Assembly (NCBI RefSeq): GCF_009914755.1
Contig: NC_060940.1
Length of the DNA: 64,000 nucleotides
DNA from: the human T2T-CHM13v2.0 reference genome, Homo sapiens
Strand: one strand, 5' to 3'
A program made the position numbers and the translations under genes. Below the pieces are notes generated by a model that saw only the letters and a program-made list of their open reading frames with translations, ran no database searches and had not been told where the DNA came from. How positions within the stretch are numbered: position 1 is the first letter of the stretch; each line of letters begins with the position of its first letter. This document shows positions 32,347-54,447 of this stretch, one piece after another.

Positions 32347-33024
32347 CTGCGGCACCCCCTGCTCAGGTGAGCCTGTCTGCTCATTTCCCCTCTGCACACG
32401 TGTGCTTTTTCTTTTTTTTCCCCTCAGAGGCTTTCTCATTCAGAAGGTCACTCAACAAACACTGAATCCATGCCTATCTCTGGAGATACAGATATTAATA
32501 ACAGAGGAGTGAATAGGAAACTTCAACTCAGTGTGGGAAATGCTAACATAAGGATGGGGGTGTGGGTCAGATAAGCAGGACAGGGGAAGGGCCCCCAATC
32601 TGCGGTGGGGGTGGGGTGGCCAGGGAGCTTGGCCCTCTCCCTTCCTCCTGCCAGATCTTCCTTCCCCGACCCCACCCTGCTGCTCACGCCAGCACCACAC
32701 GCTGGACCTGCACTCCCCTCCGCCGATTATTTCACTGTGTGTGTGATCGGGTTTCATTTCACCAACTCAACTGTTCTCTGATGTCTCCTCATTCTAACAC
32801 CTAGTAGCCCCTGAATTCTACATAGGATGAATGAATGAGGGAACGAATGAGATTAAGTGCACCAGGTAACAGTGAGACCCACTCCTTTTTCTCATCGTCT
32901 GTCAATCTGCTGTGCAGACCCCCCTTATCCATCTCTGTCTATGTACGATTTTTAAAATATGAGCGTTTATTTCATCGATAGGTTTTTAGAAGCAGCAGGT
33001 AGAGCGGGCTAGGAGACCCAGCAT

Positions 33025-33260
33025 AAGGAAGTGGTTAGGAGCCTAGACTCAAGCCAGATGCCTGGGTTCAAATCCTGTCTTCCTTCTTTATCAGGTGAGT
33101 GACTTTGGGTGTGCTACTTAACCTCTCCATGCCTCAATTTCCATATCTGTCAAATGGGAATAATAACAGCACCATGCTCATAGGAGATTATTGGGCGGAT
33201 TCCATGAGTTGTTATCTGTAAAGCGCATGGGACAGTGTTTGGTAAGCACTAAAAAAATGT
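33025..33260 (+). mobile_element. MIR
   Basis: gcctgggttcaaatcc...ttaacctctccatgcctcaatttccatatctg. Confidence 0.85.
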
Positions 33261-33261
33261 T

Positions 33262-33561
33262 GGCCAGGTGTGGTGGCTCACACCTGTAATCCCAGTTCTT
33301 TGGGAAGCCGAGGCGGGCAGATCACTTGAGCCCAAGAGTTTGAGACCAGCCTGGGCAACATAGCAACACCTAGTATCTAGAAAAAAAATGCAAAAATTAG
33401 CCAGGTGTGGTAGTGCATGTCTGTAGTTCCAGCTACTCGGGAGGCTGGGGTGGGAGGATGGCTTGAGTCTGGGAGGTCAAGGCTCAAGTGAGCTGTGATT
33501 GTGCCACTGCATTTCAGCCTGGGTGACAGAGACTCTGTCTTAAAAAAAAAGAAAAAAAAAA
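33262..33561 (+). mobile_element. AluJ-type
   Basis: TSD aaaaaatgtt. Confidence 0.93.
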
Positions 33562-33587
33562 TGTTTGCTATCAAGAATTTGCTATGG

Positions 33588-33879
<292 letters not shown>

Positions 33880-35013
33880 GAATTTGCTATGGGCTAGGGC
33901 CTGAGATTCATTTGCCTGATTGCTGGGAATCAGGAGGGTGGAGAATATCATCTGTGAATAGTGTCCAGCTGATCTGACCCCTGCACACCTGAGAGCTGGA
34001 AGAGAAAGGGCTTTGTCCCCAGGAGGGGGCTGTGTGGGCTGTGGGCTTGCCTGGGGCCATTAGAGTCCAGTAACCACTTTCACGGGAACTAGAAAGGCCT
34101 TCTTCTCCCGTTGTGCTCATCTCCTTGGGGGCTCTCTGATTGCTTCTCTTGTCAGGGATCTCCCTGACCTCCTCCTCTTTGAAGCCCCTGGGCCTGGCGC
34201 CCTTTCCACTTCCTCTCACTGCTAATTGGAAGGCAGTGGGTTGGCTCCCGCAGGCGATGGTGATACTCAGTTTTGGATGGCATTGAAACTATTTCATAGA
34301 CTTCATATTTGGTGAATTCTGAAGGCCAAAGGGCCTGTGTGTTGCACTTGGGTGTTCTCTGGGCCTTGACCGGAGGATCTGTTTCTTATGTTCATGGAGC
34401 TCTCGGCCGCCTCTTCCACATCTGCTGGACTAGGAATCAGGGTGGGTGCCTTAACCTCTGATGCTGTGGCATCTTGGGGAGGGGTTTTCTAACTCACGCA
34501 AGGATATTTGGTTAATTCCGCAGCTCTGAGATGTTCTTGGAAACTTGGGGGTTTTATACCATGGTGTTCTGGCCAGGTTGCTTCTGATCTGGAGGGAAAG
34601 GGAGAGGTTTCTGCCTTCTGGCCCAGGGCCCAACTCCACAGAAGGATGTACTCAATCTTAAAGAGCAAGAGGGCGGATGCGGACACGGCCTAGCCTGAGA
34701 CCTCACGGGGAGCCACTGAGATGTCCCCAGATCAGAGGTAGGGGTGAAACATGTAGAGACTGACTGAGGGGCTGACCCTAGGGTCACAAGGACAGTGCAA
34801 AGTTTTGGTAGTGCTGGGCTTCCTAACAGCTGCCAGGAGATGCTGTCAACTCAGACAGTTGTCACCTCCAGCTCCCAAGACACAGCAGCAGCATGGCCAT
34901 GCGGGTAGCCATCTGACCTCGACCTCTACTTACCATTCCACATTCCATGAACAAATGATGACACCACGGCCTCTCCTGTCCTGTCTTTGACAGAAGAGCC
35001 TCAGCAGTTTCCT

Positions 35014-35180
<167 letters not shown>

Positions 35181-35304
35181 TAAAAACTTTTTATTTTGAA
35201 AAATTTCAAATTTACACAAAAGAAACAAACAGAATATTATAAGGAGTTCTTGCATATCTTTCACTCAGATGCATTAATAACGTCCTGTTGCATTTGTTCT
35301 CTCT

Positions 35305-35653
<349 letters not shown>

Positions 35654-35774
35654 TGAACAACTTGAAGGTTAAGTTGTGGACACATTTATACACTAATCTT
35701 TGAGTGTGTATTTCCTAAGAACAAATCTGTTTTATTATATGACCAAAATATAATTAGAAAATATAGGAAAGTTA

Positions 35775-36072
<298 letters not shown>

Positions 36073-36894
36073 TGTAGGAAAGTTAAACTTGATCCTGTTA
36101 TCTAATACTGAATACTGTTATCTAATCTATAATTGGTATGCCAAATTTCACCAGTTTCCAATCACGTATCTTACAGCTATTTTTTCTCAGTCCAGGCTAC
36201 AATCAGGATGCGCATTACATGTTGTTGTCAGGTGCTATTACTCTTCTTTCATCTAGAAGTGTTGCTCAATCTTTCTTTGTCTCTCATGTCCTTGGGAGTT
36301 TTCTAAATGAAAGTAAATCTGAAAGCATTCTCGTGGCTGTGACTTCTCTAAATGCTAACTCAGGGGGAAAAAAAAGGAAAGAAATACTTTTCAGTTCCTT
36401 GCCTTTGAAGCCTCCGGACAGGTGGGTTTGACAACATCTATTTTGGTCATGCCTGGGCAGTTCTGGCTTATCCATCTACACTAGTCTCAAATGATCCTGG
36501 GATTTGCTCTTGGGTACACAGTAGATGCTTAATAAGTAACTTGCTGATGTGCCAGGAGAGAAAGTGAATTGGACCACTGGGTGGAATAACTCAAATGACA
36601 TTCCAGGAAGGTTTTGCTGCTGTAGATAGAGAGACAAAGGGCTGGCTCTTTCAGGCTGTGTCAGCCCAAGGGCAACATGCAGTCTTGGACTTCATTATCT
36701 TATTTCTATTACATAGTGCACTAAGGTTCTCTTTCTCCTCAAATTCCCCAGCAGGAGAGATAGGACTTTCCACTGCAGGCTGTTCAATTCACCAAGAAGA
36801 GGAAGCAAATCACAGATCCTGACAGATCCTGCTGTCAGGACTTGGCCAATTTTGAGATGTAATTAAAAAAATTTGTTTATTTTTATTAAAAAAA

Positions 36895-36995
36895 AAAAGA
36901 GTTGGAGTCTCTATGTTTCCCAGACTGGTCTTGAACTCCTGGGCTCAAGTGATCCTCCTGCCTCGACCTCCCAAAGAGCTGGGATTACAGGTGCT
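36895..36995 (-). mobile_element. Alu left-arm fragment
   Basis: ctggtcttgaactcctgggctcaagtgatcc. Confidence 0.8.
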
Positions 36996-37120
36996 CAGCA
37001 GACATGTAATTTTTGATCTCCAGCCTGGGGTGTATACATCTGGATTATTTCCTCAGGAATAAGAGAACAGAGCCTTGAAATCAACCTGTTTGAAATCAGC
37101 CAGCCTCCAGGATGATCCCG

Positions 37121-37516
37121 GTCTACGGCCATAGCACCTTGAATGCATCTGATCTCATCTTTTTTTGTTTGTTTGTTTTGTTTTGAGACGGAGTCTCACT
37201 CTGTCACCCAGGAGTGCAGTGGCACAATCTCGACTCACTGCAGCCTCCCTGCTTCAAGCGATTCTCCTGCCTCAGCCTCCCGAGTAGCTGGACTACAGGT
37301 GCCCGCCACCACACCCAGCTAATTTTTTGTATTTTTAGTAGAGATGGGGTTTCACCCTGTTAGCCAGGAGGTCTCGATCTCCTGAACTTGTGATCTGCCT
37401 GCCTCGGCCTCCCAAAGTGCTGGGATTACAGGCACTACCCATCACGCCCATCCTGATCACATCTTTTCTTGGAAGCTAAGCAAGGATGGGCCTCGTTAGT
37501 ACTTGGATGGGACACC
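37121..37516 (+). pseudogene. 5S rRNA pseudogene (RNA5SP-type), 3'-truncated, split by an Alu
   Basis: 37121-37160 gtctacggccatagcaccttgaatgcatctgatctcatct matches 5S nt 1-40; ~37467-37516 tcttggaagctaagcaaggatgggcctcgttagtacttggatgggacacc matches nt ~43-92; the 3' ~30 nt are absent. Confidence 0.93.
37161..37452 (-). mobile_element. Alu (Sc/Y-like) inside the 5S pseudogene
   Basis: TSD ctgatc(t/a)catctttt. Confidence 0.93.
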
Positions 37517-37948
37517 AAGATGGTCCCTGCTGATCCTACCACCCCTGGTATCCACCTCTTCCTGTAGTCCCTTTCCTATGAATCAGGGCTGGCATACATG
37601 AACAATACAATAGGGTGACAGTGACTGGGTGTGACATCCGATGCTTAGTCATAAAAGATAATGCAGCTTCCACACTCATCTCTTGTCTAGCTTGTTTTGG
37701 AGGAAGCCAAGTTCTTTGAGCATACTCAGGTGTCCATGTGGACAGGACCTGAGGCGCCCAGCCAATAGCTGGCACCAACTTGCCAGCTATGTGAGTGAAC
37801 CACCTTCAGTGTGGATCCTCTAGCTCCAGGCCAAGCCTTCGGATCCTTGCCACACTGACCAGCATCTGACTGCAGCCTCACGAGCAACCTGGAGGGCTCC
37901 AAACACCTGACCCTCAGAAACTGTGAGTGATAATAATTATTGTTTTCT

Positions 37949-38313
<365 letters not shown>

Positions 38314-38316
38314 TCA

Positions 38317-38646
<330 letters not shown>

Positions 38647-38652
38647 GTATAG

Positions 38653-39362
<710 letters not shown>

Positions 39363-39434
39363 TTATTCATAATAGCCAAAAAATGAAAACAACCCAAATG
39401 TCCATCAACTGATGAATGAATAAAGGAAATGTGG

Positions 39435-39738
39435 GGCCAGGCGCATTGACTCATGCCTGTAATCTCAGTACTTTGAGAGACTGAGGCAGGTGGATTGCTT
39501 GAGTCCAGGAGACCAGTCTGAGCAACACAGTGAGATCCCATCTCTACAAAAAATACAAAAAGTAGCCAGATGTGGTGATTGGCATGTGCCTGTAGTCCTA
39601 GCTACTCGGGAAGCTGAGACAGAAGGATCGCTTGAGCCCAGGAGTTGAGGCTACAGGGAGCTGTGATCACGCCACTGCACTCCAGCCCGGGTAACAGAGC
39701 AAGACTCCCAACTGGGGGTGGGCAAAAAAAAAAAAAAA
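39435..39738 (+). mobile_element. AluJ-type
   Basis: Dimeric Alu. Confidence 0.9.
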
Positions 39739-39741
39739 GGC

Positions 39742-40106
<365 letters not shown>

Positions 40107-40506
40107 CTACTAGACACTGTACAATGAGAATCATGAATTGTAATCCCAAGATTTTCTTGCCTTTGGGGAAGAAATTAATAGTATTAATAGAATCCAGATT
40201 CCTAATTAAGTCCTGGTGAGAATATGATGCTTCTCTCGTCTGAGAATGACAGCCATTGTCAAGAGCAGCCTTGACCCACTGAAGCTGTAGCCCAGGTGTT
40301 AAGACCAGATTTTAAAAAATCAACTCAGATTGCTGATGTTTTAGCCCAGGGCATTTGTTGTGAACTCCCTGGAATTACAGATAAAAAATGGTTCCATTTC
40401 ATTTATACATACCAATATGTGGGGTTCCAAAAAGTTTTGTAATTATTACTTTCAAAATAAAATCTGATCCTACTTATTCCTGTCTCCTCATTCAAAATGT
40501 TCTTTA

Positions 40507-41150
<644 letters not shown>

Positions 41151-41254
41151 AATTTTTTATTGTTCAGAATTAACTTTTATAATTTTAGAGACCAAGGATA
41201 ATCGAGATAGCCTGTAATTATTTAGCATAAATAAAGGAGAGAGACATGAAGACT

Positions 41255-41559
41255 TGTTTTTTGTTTTGTTTTCGTTTTAGACACAGGGTCTTGCTCTGTC
41301 ACCCATGCTGGAGTGCAAAGGGATAATCAGCTCACTGCAGCCCCTAACTCCTGGGCTCAGGTGATCCACCTGCCTCAGCCTCCCGAGTAGCTGGGACTAC
41401 AAGTGTATGTCATCATGCCCAGCTAATTTTTGTATTTTTTGTAGAGACAAGGTTTCGCTATGTTGCCCAGGCTGTTATTGAGCTCCTGGCCTCAAGCAAT
41501 CCTACTGCCTCAGGCTCCCAAAGTAATGAGATTCCAGGAGTGAACCCCCATGCCTGGCC
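41255..41559 (-). mobile_element. AluJ-type
   Basis: Dimeric Alu. Confidence 0.9.
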
Positions 41560-42204
41560 TATAAAATGTTTTTTAACCTTTATTTAAGGTAAATTGTCGT
41601 CCCATTTTGCACATGAGGAAAGTGAGACCGAATGGATAATTAGTAACTTGTTCAGGTTGATATGGGTAATACACATAACTGGGATCCCCAGTACTGTTCC
41701 ATGTTGCCTCTACAGACACACAATAGGATTGAAGAAAAGGTGTGAAATATCTTACGAATGGCACCATGCTGGCCATCTTCTGCCACAAAATATAAGATCC
41801 GAGATTTCATTATTCTATCCACTTGCAGCCCCAAATTCAAAACAAATACATTAATGTGCATTATAACAGACATTAAAAATACTCAGATTTCTTGTATTTC
41901 TTAATCTTGTTCTTGGTGTCTTATGTCGAAATGAGGAAATTTAGGATCATTTTAATTGGTGAATTTTTTTACTCTGGGATCCAGAAGTCTGTTAGAACTC
42001 CTGTTTATAAAACTGCTAAGTGAACTATGCCAAGAACTTACCCAAACCCCTCACTTGGCTGTCATTAGTGTCACCAGTCAATGTTTTATTTTTATGTATG
42101 AAAAAAATGCCTTGCTATCATCAAAGTAGGCTGGGGGGATTTCTTCTGGTGGGGATGGGGGTGTAGCAAGGAAGATTGTGAAGAGGCCCATAATGATCTT
42201 CCGG

Positions 42205-42580
42205 AATGGGACTGGGGTGAGGCAACTGCAAAATTAAGTGTGCCCCAAACCCCACTATTAATCAAGATAAGTGCCATTTTTATGCAATATTTTTAAAAAT
42301 CAAAATTAATGCAGAAAAATCCATGATGAGCAAAACATCAACATTTTCAGTAAAGGCAGGATCCAACAGGGCTGAGATTAGGGGGGTGGTAAGTGATGTG
42401 AGTCATGCGAATGCAAAGTCTGTCTTATTTAAAAGTTTGATATTTTGTTCATCATAGATTTTTTTGCATTAACTTTGTTTTTCACATGGTATTAAGATAT
42501 TATCTTGATTGGGTTTTTGGGCACCCGCTTAAATTTTGCACTTGAGGCAAGTGCTTCACATGCCTTATTTAGTCCTGGGT
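42205..42580. mobile_element. Palindromic hAT MITE (MER96B-like)
   Basis: Long imperfect inverted arms ~42227-42360 and ~42420-42540. Confidence 0.75.
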
Positions 42581-42983
42581 CTACAGATCTGCATGAATCC
42601 TTCCTAGGGAAAGCTAGAAGCAGCTGCCATATCACCTGCCCCAGACATGCCCAGCTTTGGTGACCTGAGCAACATGGGGCTCAGGAAATGCTGTCTTTTC
42701 CTGGCATCACTGATGGTGAGAGGAAGCTTTTTCAGCCTCTCTGTGTTTTGCCTTGTTTATCTCATCATGGGGCATGTGTGGCAGCATCTGGCTGGTAAGC
42801 AACTTTTCCAGGTGGTATCACAGATTAAGCAGACTCCATAGACCCAATGCGGGGGGAGTGGGTCTTCTTGCCAAGTCTTCACGTTCCTTGGCTGAAAAGT
42901 AAGATGCCTGAAAGTCCTATGGAAACCCAAACAATTAAAAGTACACATTAAGCCTTAATAATGCTTGTCAATTTTGAAAAAAT

Positions 42984-43270
42984 CGAGACCGGGTATTCAT
43001 TGGCCAGCCAGGCTGGAGGGCAATAGTGTGATCATAGCTCACTGCAGCCTCAAACTCCTGGGTTCAAGGGATCCTCCTGCCTTAGCCTCCTGAGTAGCTG
43101 GGACTACAAGTGTACACCACTATGCCTGTCTATTTAAAAACATTTTTTTTGGTTAAGATGAGGTCTTGCCATGTTGCTCTCGCTGGTCTCAAACTCCTGG
43201 GCTCAACCCTGCCTGCCTCAACCTCCAAAAGTGCTGGGATTACAAGTGTGAGCCACCACCTCATCTGGCC
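42984..43270 (-). mobile_element. AluJ-type
   Basis: gatcatagctcactgcagcctcaaactcc. Confidence 0.9.
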
Positions 43271-43444
43271 AAAATGATGTTTTTAGATAAATAAAAACTA
43301 AGATAATTCATTGCCAGCAGACCTGCATTATTAAAAATGCTAAAGGAAAACGTTTCAGGGTAAAAGGACATGATATGAGATATCTTCAGAATGAAGAACA
43401 CCAGAAATAGTAAGTATAAGAGTAACATAAAAAGTAATTTTTCT

Positions 43445-43714
43445 GGCCAGGCAAAATGGCTCACACCTGTGATCCTAGCACTTTGGGAGGCTGAGACCGG
43501 TGGATTGCCTAAGCTCAGGAGTTCAAGGCCAGCCTGGGCAAGATGGTGAAACCCTGTCTCTACTAAAATACGAAAAATCAGCTGGGTGAGGTGGCGGGTG
43601 CCTGTAATCCCAGCTACTTAGGAGGCTTGAACCCAGGAGGCGGAGGTTGCAGTGAGCCAAGATCATGCCACTGCACCCCAGCCTGTGCCAGAGTGAAACT
43701 CTGTCTCAAAAAAA
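43445..43714 (+). mobile_element. AluS with internal deletion
   Basis: TSD aaaag(t/c)aattttt. Confidence 0.92.
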
Positions 43715-43809
43715 GCAATTTTTCCTCTTCACTTTTTAAAAATCCTATGATTGTTTAAAGCAAAAATTATAACCTCTTACTATGAGATTTATAATTTACA
43801 TAGATATAA

Positions 43810-44194
<385 letters not shown>

Positions 44195-44292
44195 TAGATT
44201 GTGAAGCATTAGGATATGTATTATAATTTCTATAGTGACTACTTAAAATGCAAAGAGTATGTTAATAAAAGCTAATACATAAATGCAAGTAG

Positions 44293-44771
<479 letters not shown>

Positions 44772-45286
44772 TAAAAAATATTCAATTAACTCAGAAGAAG
44801 GCAAGAAAGGAGCAACAGAGGAACAGGAAAAGGGTGGGGGTAATGAACAGAGGAACAGTACAATGGTAGACCTACTTCCAACCATACCAATAATTATGTT
44901 AAATGTTAATGGTCTAAAACACTTCACTTAAAAGGTAGAGATAGCCAAGCAGATTTTAAAAAGCATAATCCAACTATACTCTGTCTACAAGAGACACACA
45001 AAAGAGGTTGATAGGAAATAGATGGGAAAAATGTATTATGCAAACAATAAGCATAGGAAAGTTGAAGTGCCTACATTAAATCAAAGTAGTCTTCAGGATG
45101 AGATTATTATTAGAGGTTAAAAGAGAAATTTTATAATAATAAATATCACCTGGAAGGCATAATAATCATACATATGTGTACACCTAATAACAGAGTTTCA
45201 AGATACATGAAGCAAAAACTGACAGAATGGCAGAATTAAAGGGAGAAATACAAAAATCCACTATCATATCATAGTTGGACATTTTA

Positions 45287-45712
<426 letters not shown>

Positions 45713-46499
45713 TCAGGGAAATACGAATTAAACCACAACGAGGTATCACTCCACACTCAATAGCTTAAGTTAAAAAGCCTGACAACACCAGATGTTGGCA
45801 TGGATATTGAACAATACTTTCCTATATTGTTGGTGGGAGTGCAAAATCATACAACTCACTTTGAAATAAAGTTCTGGAAGTTTCGTGTAAAACTAAACAT
45901 ACACGTATTACCTAGTGATTTCAGTCCCAGATATTTACCCAAGAGTAATGAAAGCATATGTCCACAAAAAGACTAGATTGAAAATGTTCATAGCATTTTT
46001 CTTCATAAGGCCCAAAAACTGGAAACCTTCCAGATGTTGGTCAACAGGGGGATGGATAAGGAAATTGTGGTGTATTCATACAAGAGAATATTACTCAGCA
46101 ATAAAGAGGAACAAGTTGTTCATGCAACACCATAAATAAATTTCAAAACCGCGCTGAGTGAAAGAAGCTGTTGACAAACAAGTGCATATTGTATGATGGT
46201 ATTTATATGAAGTTCTAAATCTGGCAAAGCTAATCTATGGTGCAAAAAATGAGAACACAATGGTGGTGAGGGAAATTGGGTAGGTGCCTGAGGGAACTTT
46301 CTGGGTGATAATGTTTCATGTTTTGACAGGGGTATAGGTTACACAGGTGCATACATTTCTTAAACTCATTGAATGGCACAGTTCACATACATGCATTTCA
46401 CTTTGTAGAAATTTTCCCTCAAAGAAAAACTCATAAATAAATATTAAACCTTTGTGAATGATATTGAAATGTTTGAGGGTAAAGTGGACTGCTGTGTAG

Positions 46500-46821
<322 letters not shown>

Positions 46822-46866
46822 AACACATGCATTTAAAAAATGCGTTAAAAAAAAAAAAGATGAATT

Positions 46867-47252
<386 letters not shown>

Positions 47253-47344
47253 TCATAATAGTTATTGACTGTACAATTATTTCAACATTTCTATATGTTT
47301 GAAAAATTTCAAAGTAAACTCTTGGGGGGAACTTGAGTATTAGA

Positions 47345-47800
47345 CATGTCCAAATATGTTTATAGCAGCACCATTTGTAATGGCCCCCAAGTGGAAACCA
47401 CTTATATGTCCATCAACAATACATTGTGGTATAATCATGTAATGGAAGAGTATATAATAATCAGAATGAAAGATCTATGAGTATATGCAACAGCATGAAT
47501 GAATCTCACAAATATAATGTTAAGTGAAAGAAGTCAGACATAAAATATAAGACCCATTCATATAAGGTGTAGAAACAGGCAAAACAAGTTCATGCCATTC
47601 AGAGTCAGGCTAGTGATTGCCCTTGGGCCGAGTCATGGCTAGAAGAGGACATGGGGGGCTCCTGGGTGTCCTTGAGTAAGCTTCTGTTGCTTGACTTGGG
47701 TGCTGGTTATATGAGTCTGCACAGTTTGTGAAAATTCATTGAGTGGCACATACTTCTCCCTATTATCTATTATATGCTCCAGTGAAAAGTTTTTCAAAAA
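47345..47800 (+). mobile_element. L1ME-type 3' end
   Basis: tgtttatagcagcaccatttgtaat...atgaatctcacaaatataatgttaagtgaaagaagtcagac. Confidence 0.75.
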
Positions 47801-49092
47801 TTAATGTTAGCCCTCACTCCTCCTAAAACAGGTTCCTCAGCCCAGCCCCACCCCTGGGAATTCTTTGCCAGCCATCTTGCTCACATCTCCCTTCTCCCAG
47901 TTCCCAGGCTCTGACACGCCTGTCTCCCTCACCTGCCAGGGAAAAACTCAGTGCAGAGGAATTTAGTTCTCAACCTCTACCCTCATCTAGGCTGCAGGAT
48001 GAATCCAACTAGAAAAGACTTATTAATGACCTAAACCATGGAGCCAAGCAGCCCAGGAGAAATTCCTCTGCTTCCTTACAACCACAAAAATTGCCATGGG
48101 CATTTTTTTACAAGCAAAATTTGTCTTCCCTTTACAGAGATGTCAGCATATTCCCCTTCTACCACCCTGAGTTATCCCTTCCATCTTCTTTGCTTGAAAG
48201 TGGTGGTTGCAGCTCACTTCCTTTGCCAAATCTGGGAAGCAGTGACTTGCCTAAGAGATTGTTCTAGTGCTTCAGCTCAGGCTTGAGGGTCCCTTGGCTG
48301 AGCCAATCCTCAGACCTCAGCAAAGCCTGGATGGAGGTGTATGGGGGAATGGGGGTAAGAGGACAGGGGAGGAAGGAACAGAAATATGGTGGTGAGATGA
48401 GAGTAAGATACAGAACTCAAGGACAAAATCCCTGCCCTGCCTAGTCTTACCGAGAAGTCTAGAGGAATCCACATCTAAACTAAGCAAGAGCACTATTTAA
48501 TTAAGCATTTCTTATTTTCATCTGATGGGTCAAGTTTCAGTCCTCTTGTTACTTGACCAATGGGAAGCATTTGACACAGTCAACCTTTCCCTCTATCTTG
48601 AAACGCTCTTCAAGTAAGTTTCTTCTTACCTCCTTATTTTATTTTATTTTATTTTATTTTTTTGGTCTGCTCCTGCGGGTTCCTCCTCATCTAAATGTTG
48701 GAGTGCCCCAGGGCATGATCCTTAGACCTCTCTTCTTAAGCTACTTTCACTTCCTTGATGACTTCACCCACTTTTGTGACTTTAAAAAATACCATCTATA
48801 CCCTCATAACTTCCGCATTGGCGTTTCCAGCCAGCTCTCTCCCCTAAACTTCAGAACTGCTTGTTGAACCACCTACTCATCTCCACCTAGGTCCCTAGTA
48901 GGCATCTCAAATGCATCATGTCCAACGCTGAGCTCCTGATCCCTCCTCCAAACCCATTCCTCCCACGGTTATCTCAGTAAATGGCAACTCCATTCTTCCT
49001 GATGCTCAGGCCAAAAACCTGGGTGTCATTCCTAACTCCTCCCTTTCTCTCACCTCCCACCTCCAAACTGTCAGGAAATTTTGTTGACTTAA

Positions 49093-49571
<479 letters not shown>

Positions 49572-49632
49572 TAGGGCTCAGAAAATGATACCCCAAAGTA
49601 TAGTGCTTTGGCAGGCTTAGTACTTTGAACTA

Positions 49633-50199
<567 letters not shown>

Positions 50200-50476
50200 T
50201 CATCTGAGAGTAAGTCATAAGGCCCTCTTTCCAGAAAGGTCCTACCCTATATCTGAGAGGAAGAAATGCTACACAGAAAGGCCAAGAAGAATCGGCACAG
50301 ACAGGCCTTGCTAGGTTTCCCCCTCAGTCTGTTTGCATTAGATCATACCCCCCTTGACTAATCACATCTCTACACAGCCGCCCATTCTTCCTTGAAGCTA
50401 AGCAGAAAAATGGACAGTTTTCCCGGGGTGTTTAGGTCTTCATTTCTGAAGTTCCCTGTGTCATGTAAAACTTTGA

Positions 50477-52679
<2,203 letters not shown>

Positions 52680-52703
52680 CCTTTGATTAAATAAATGTGT
52701 AAG

Positions 52704-53010
<307 letters not shown>

Positions 53011-53523
53011 GTGTTAGGCTTTTCTCTTGTTAACCTATCTTTTGTTATAGGAGTGTTGGCAGTGACCTTTATGATGGGTGAGGAAAGGCATCACACTTTC
53101 CCACCCCACACTAGCCTACTCAGAATCCTCTACGAGCTCCCCATTCCACTCGGAATAAACACCAACACCCTCGCCAGGCTCTGCAGGCCTCCACAGAGGC
53201 TGGTGTCCTCTTCTCACCTCTCTCACTGCATTCCTAACTATGCTTGCCTTCACTTGTCCTCCTCCCGTCACGCTGGTCCCCTCGTTGTTCCTTGAGTGCA
53301 GCAGGCACACGTCGGCCTCTGTGCCCTTGTAGTTTCCCTTCCCTCCATTTCAAATGCCCTTCCCTTTCCATGCCTCAGTCTTCTTAGCTCTGAAGTTTGG
53401 TATCACATTCCCAGTAAGGCCTGCCCTGGCCACTCTGTGTGCAATTCTACCTTTTCTGACACATTCTCTATCTCCTTTCTCTGTCTTATTTCTCAATTTA
53501 GCACTTATTGCTATCTAATACAG

Positions 53524-54262
<739 letters not shown>

Positions 54263-54447
54263 TAATTATTGCACAAATGAATGATGATTTCAAAATGTCC
54301 TGCGAGGTGTTAACAGACTAGAGGAAGTCAGTCAGTTAAGGGAGAGCTCAGAGTGGGCTGCAGATATCTGGAAGGGGGTGGAATTTCCTTCAGTCTTTAG
54401 AGAATGGGGGGTCCTTGGAAAGGTGAGAAGAAAGGGAGACTCATTTG

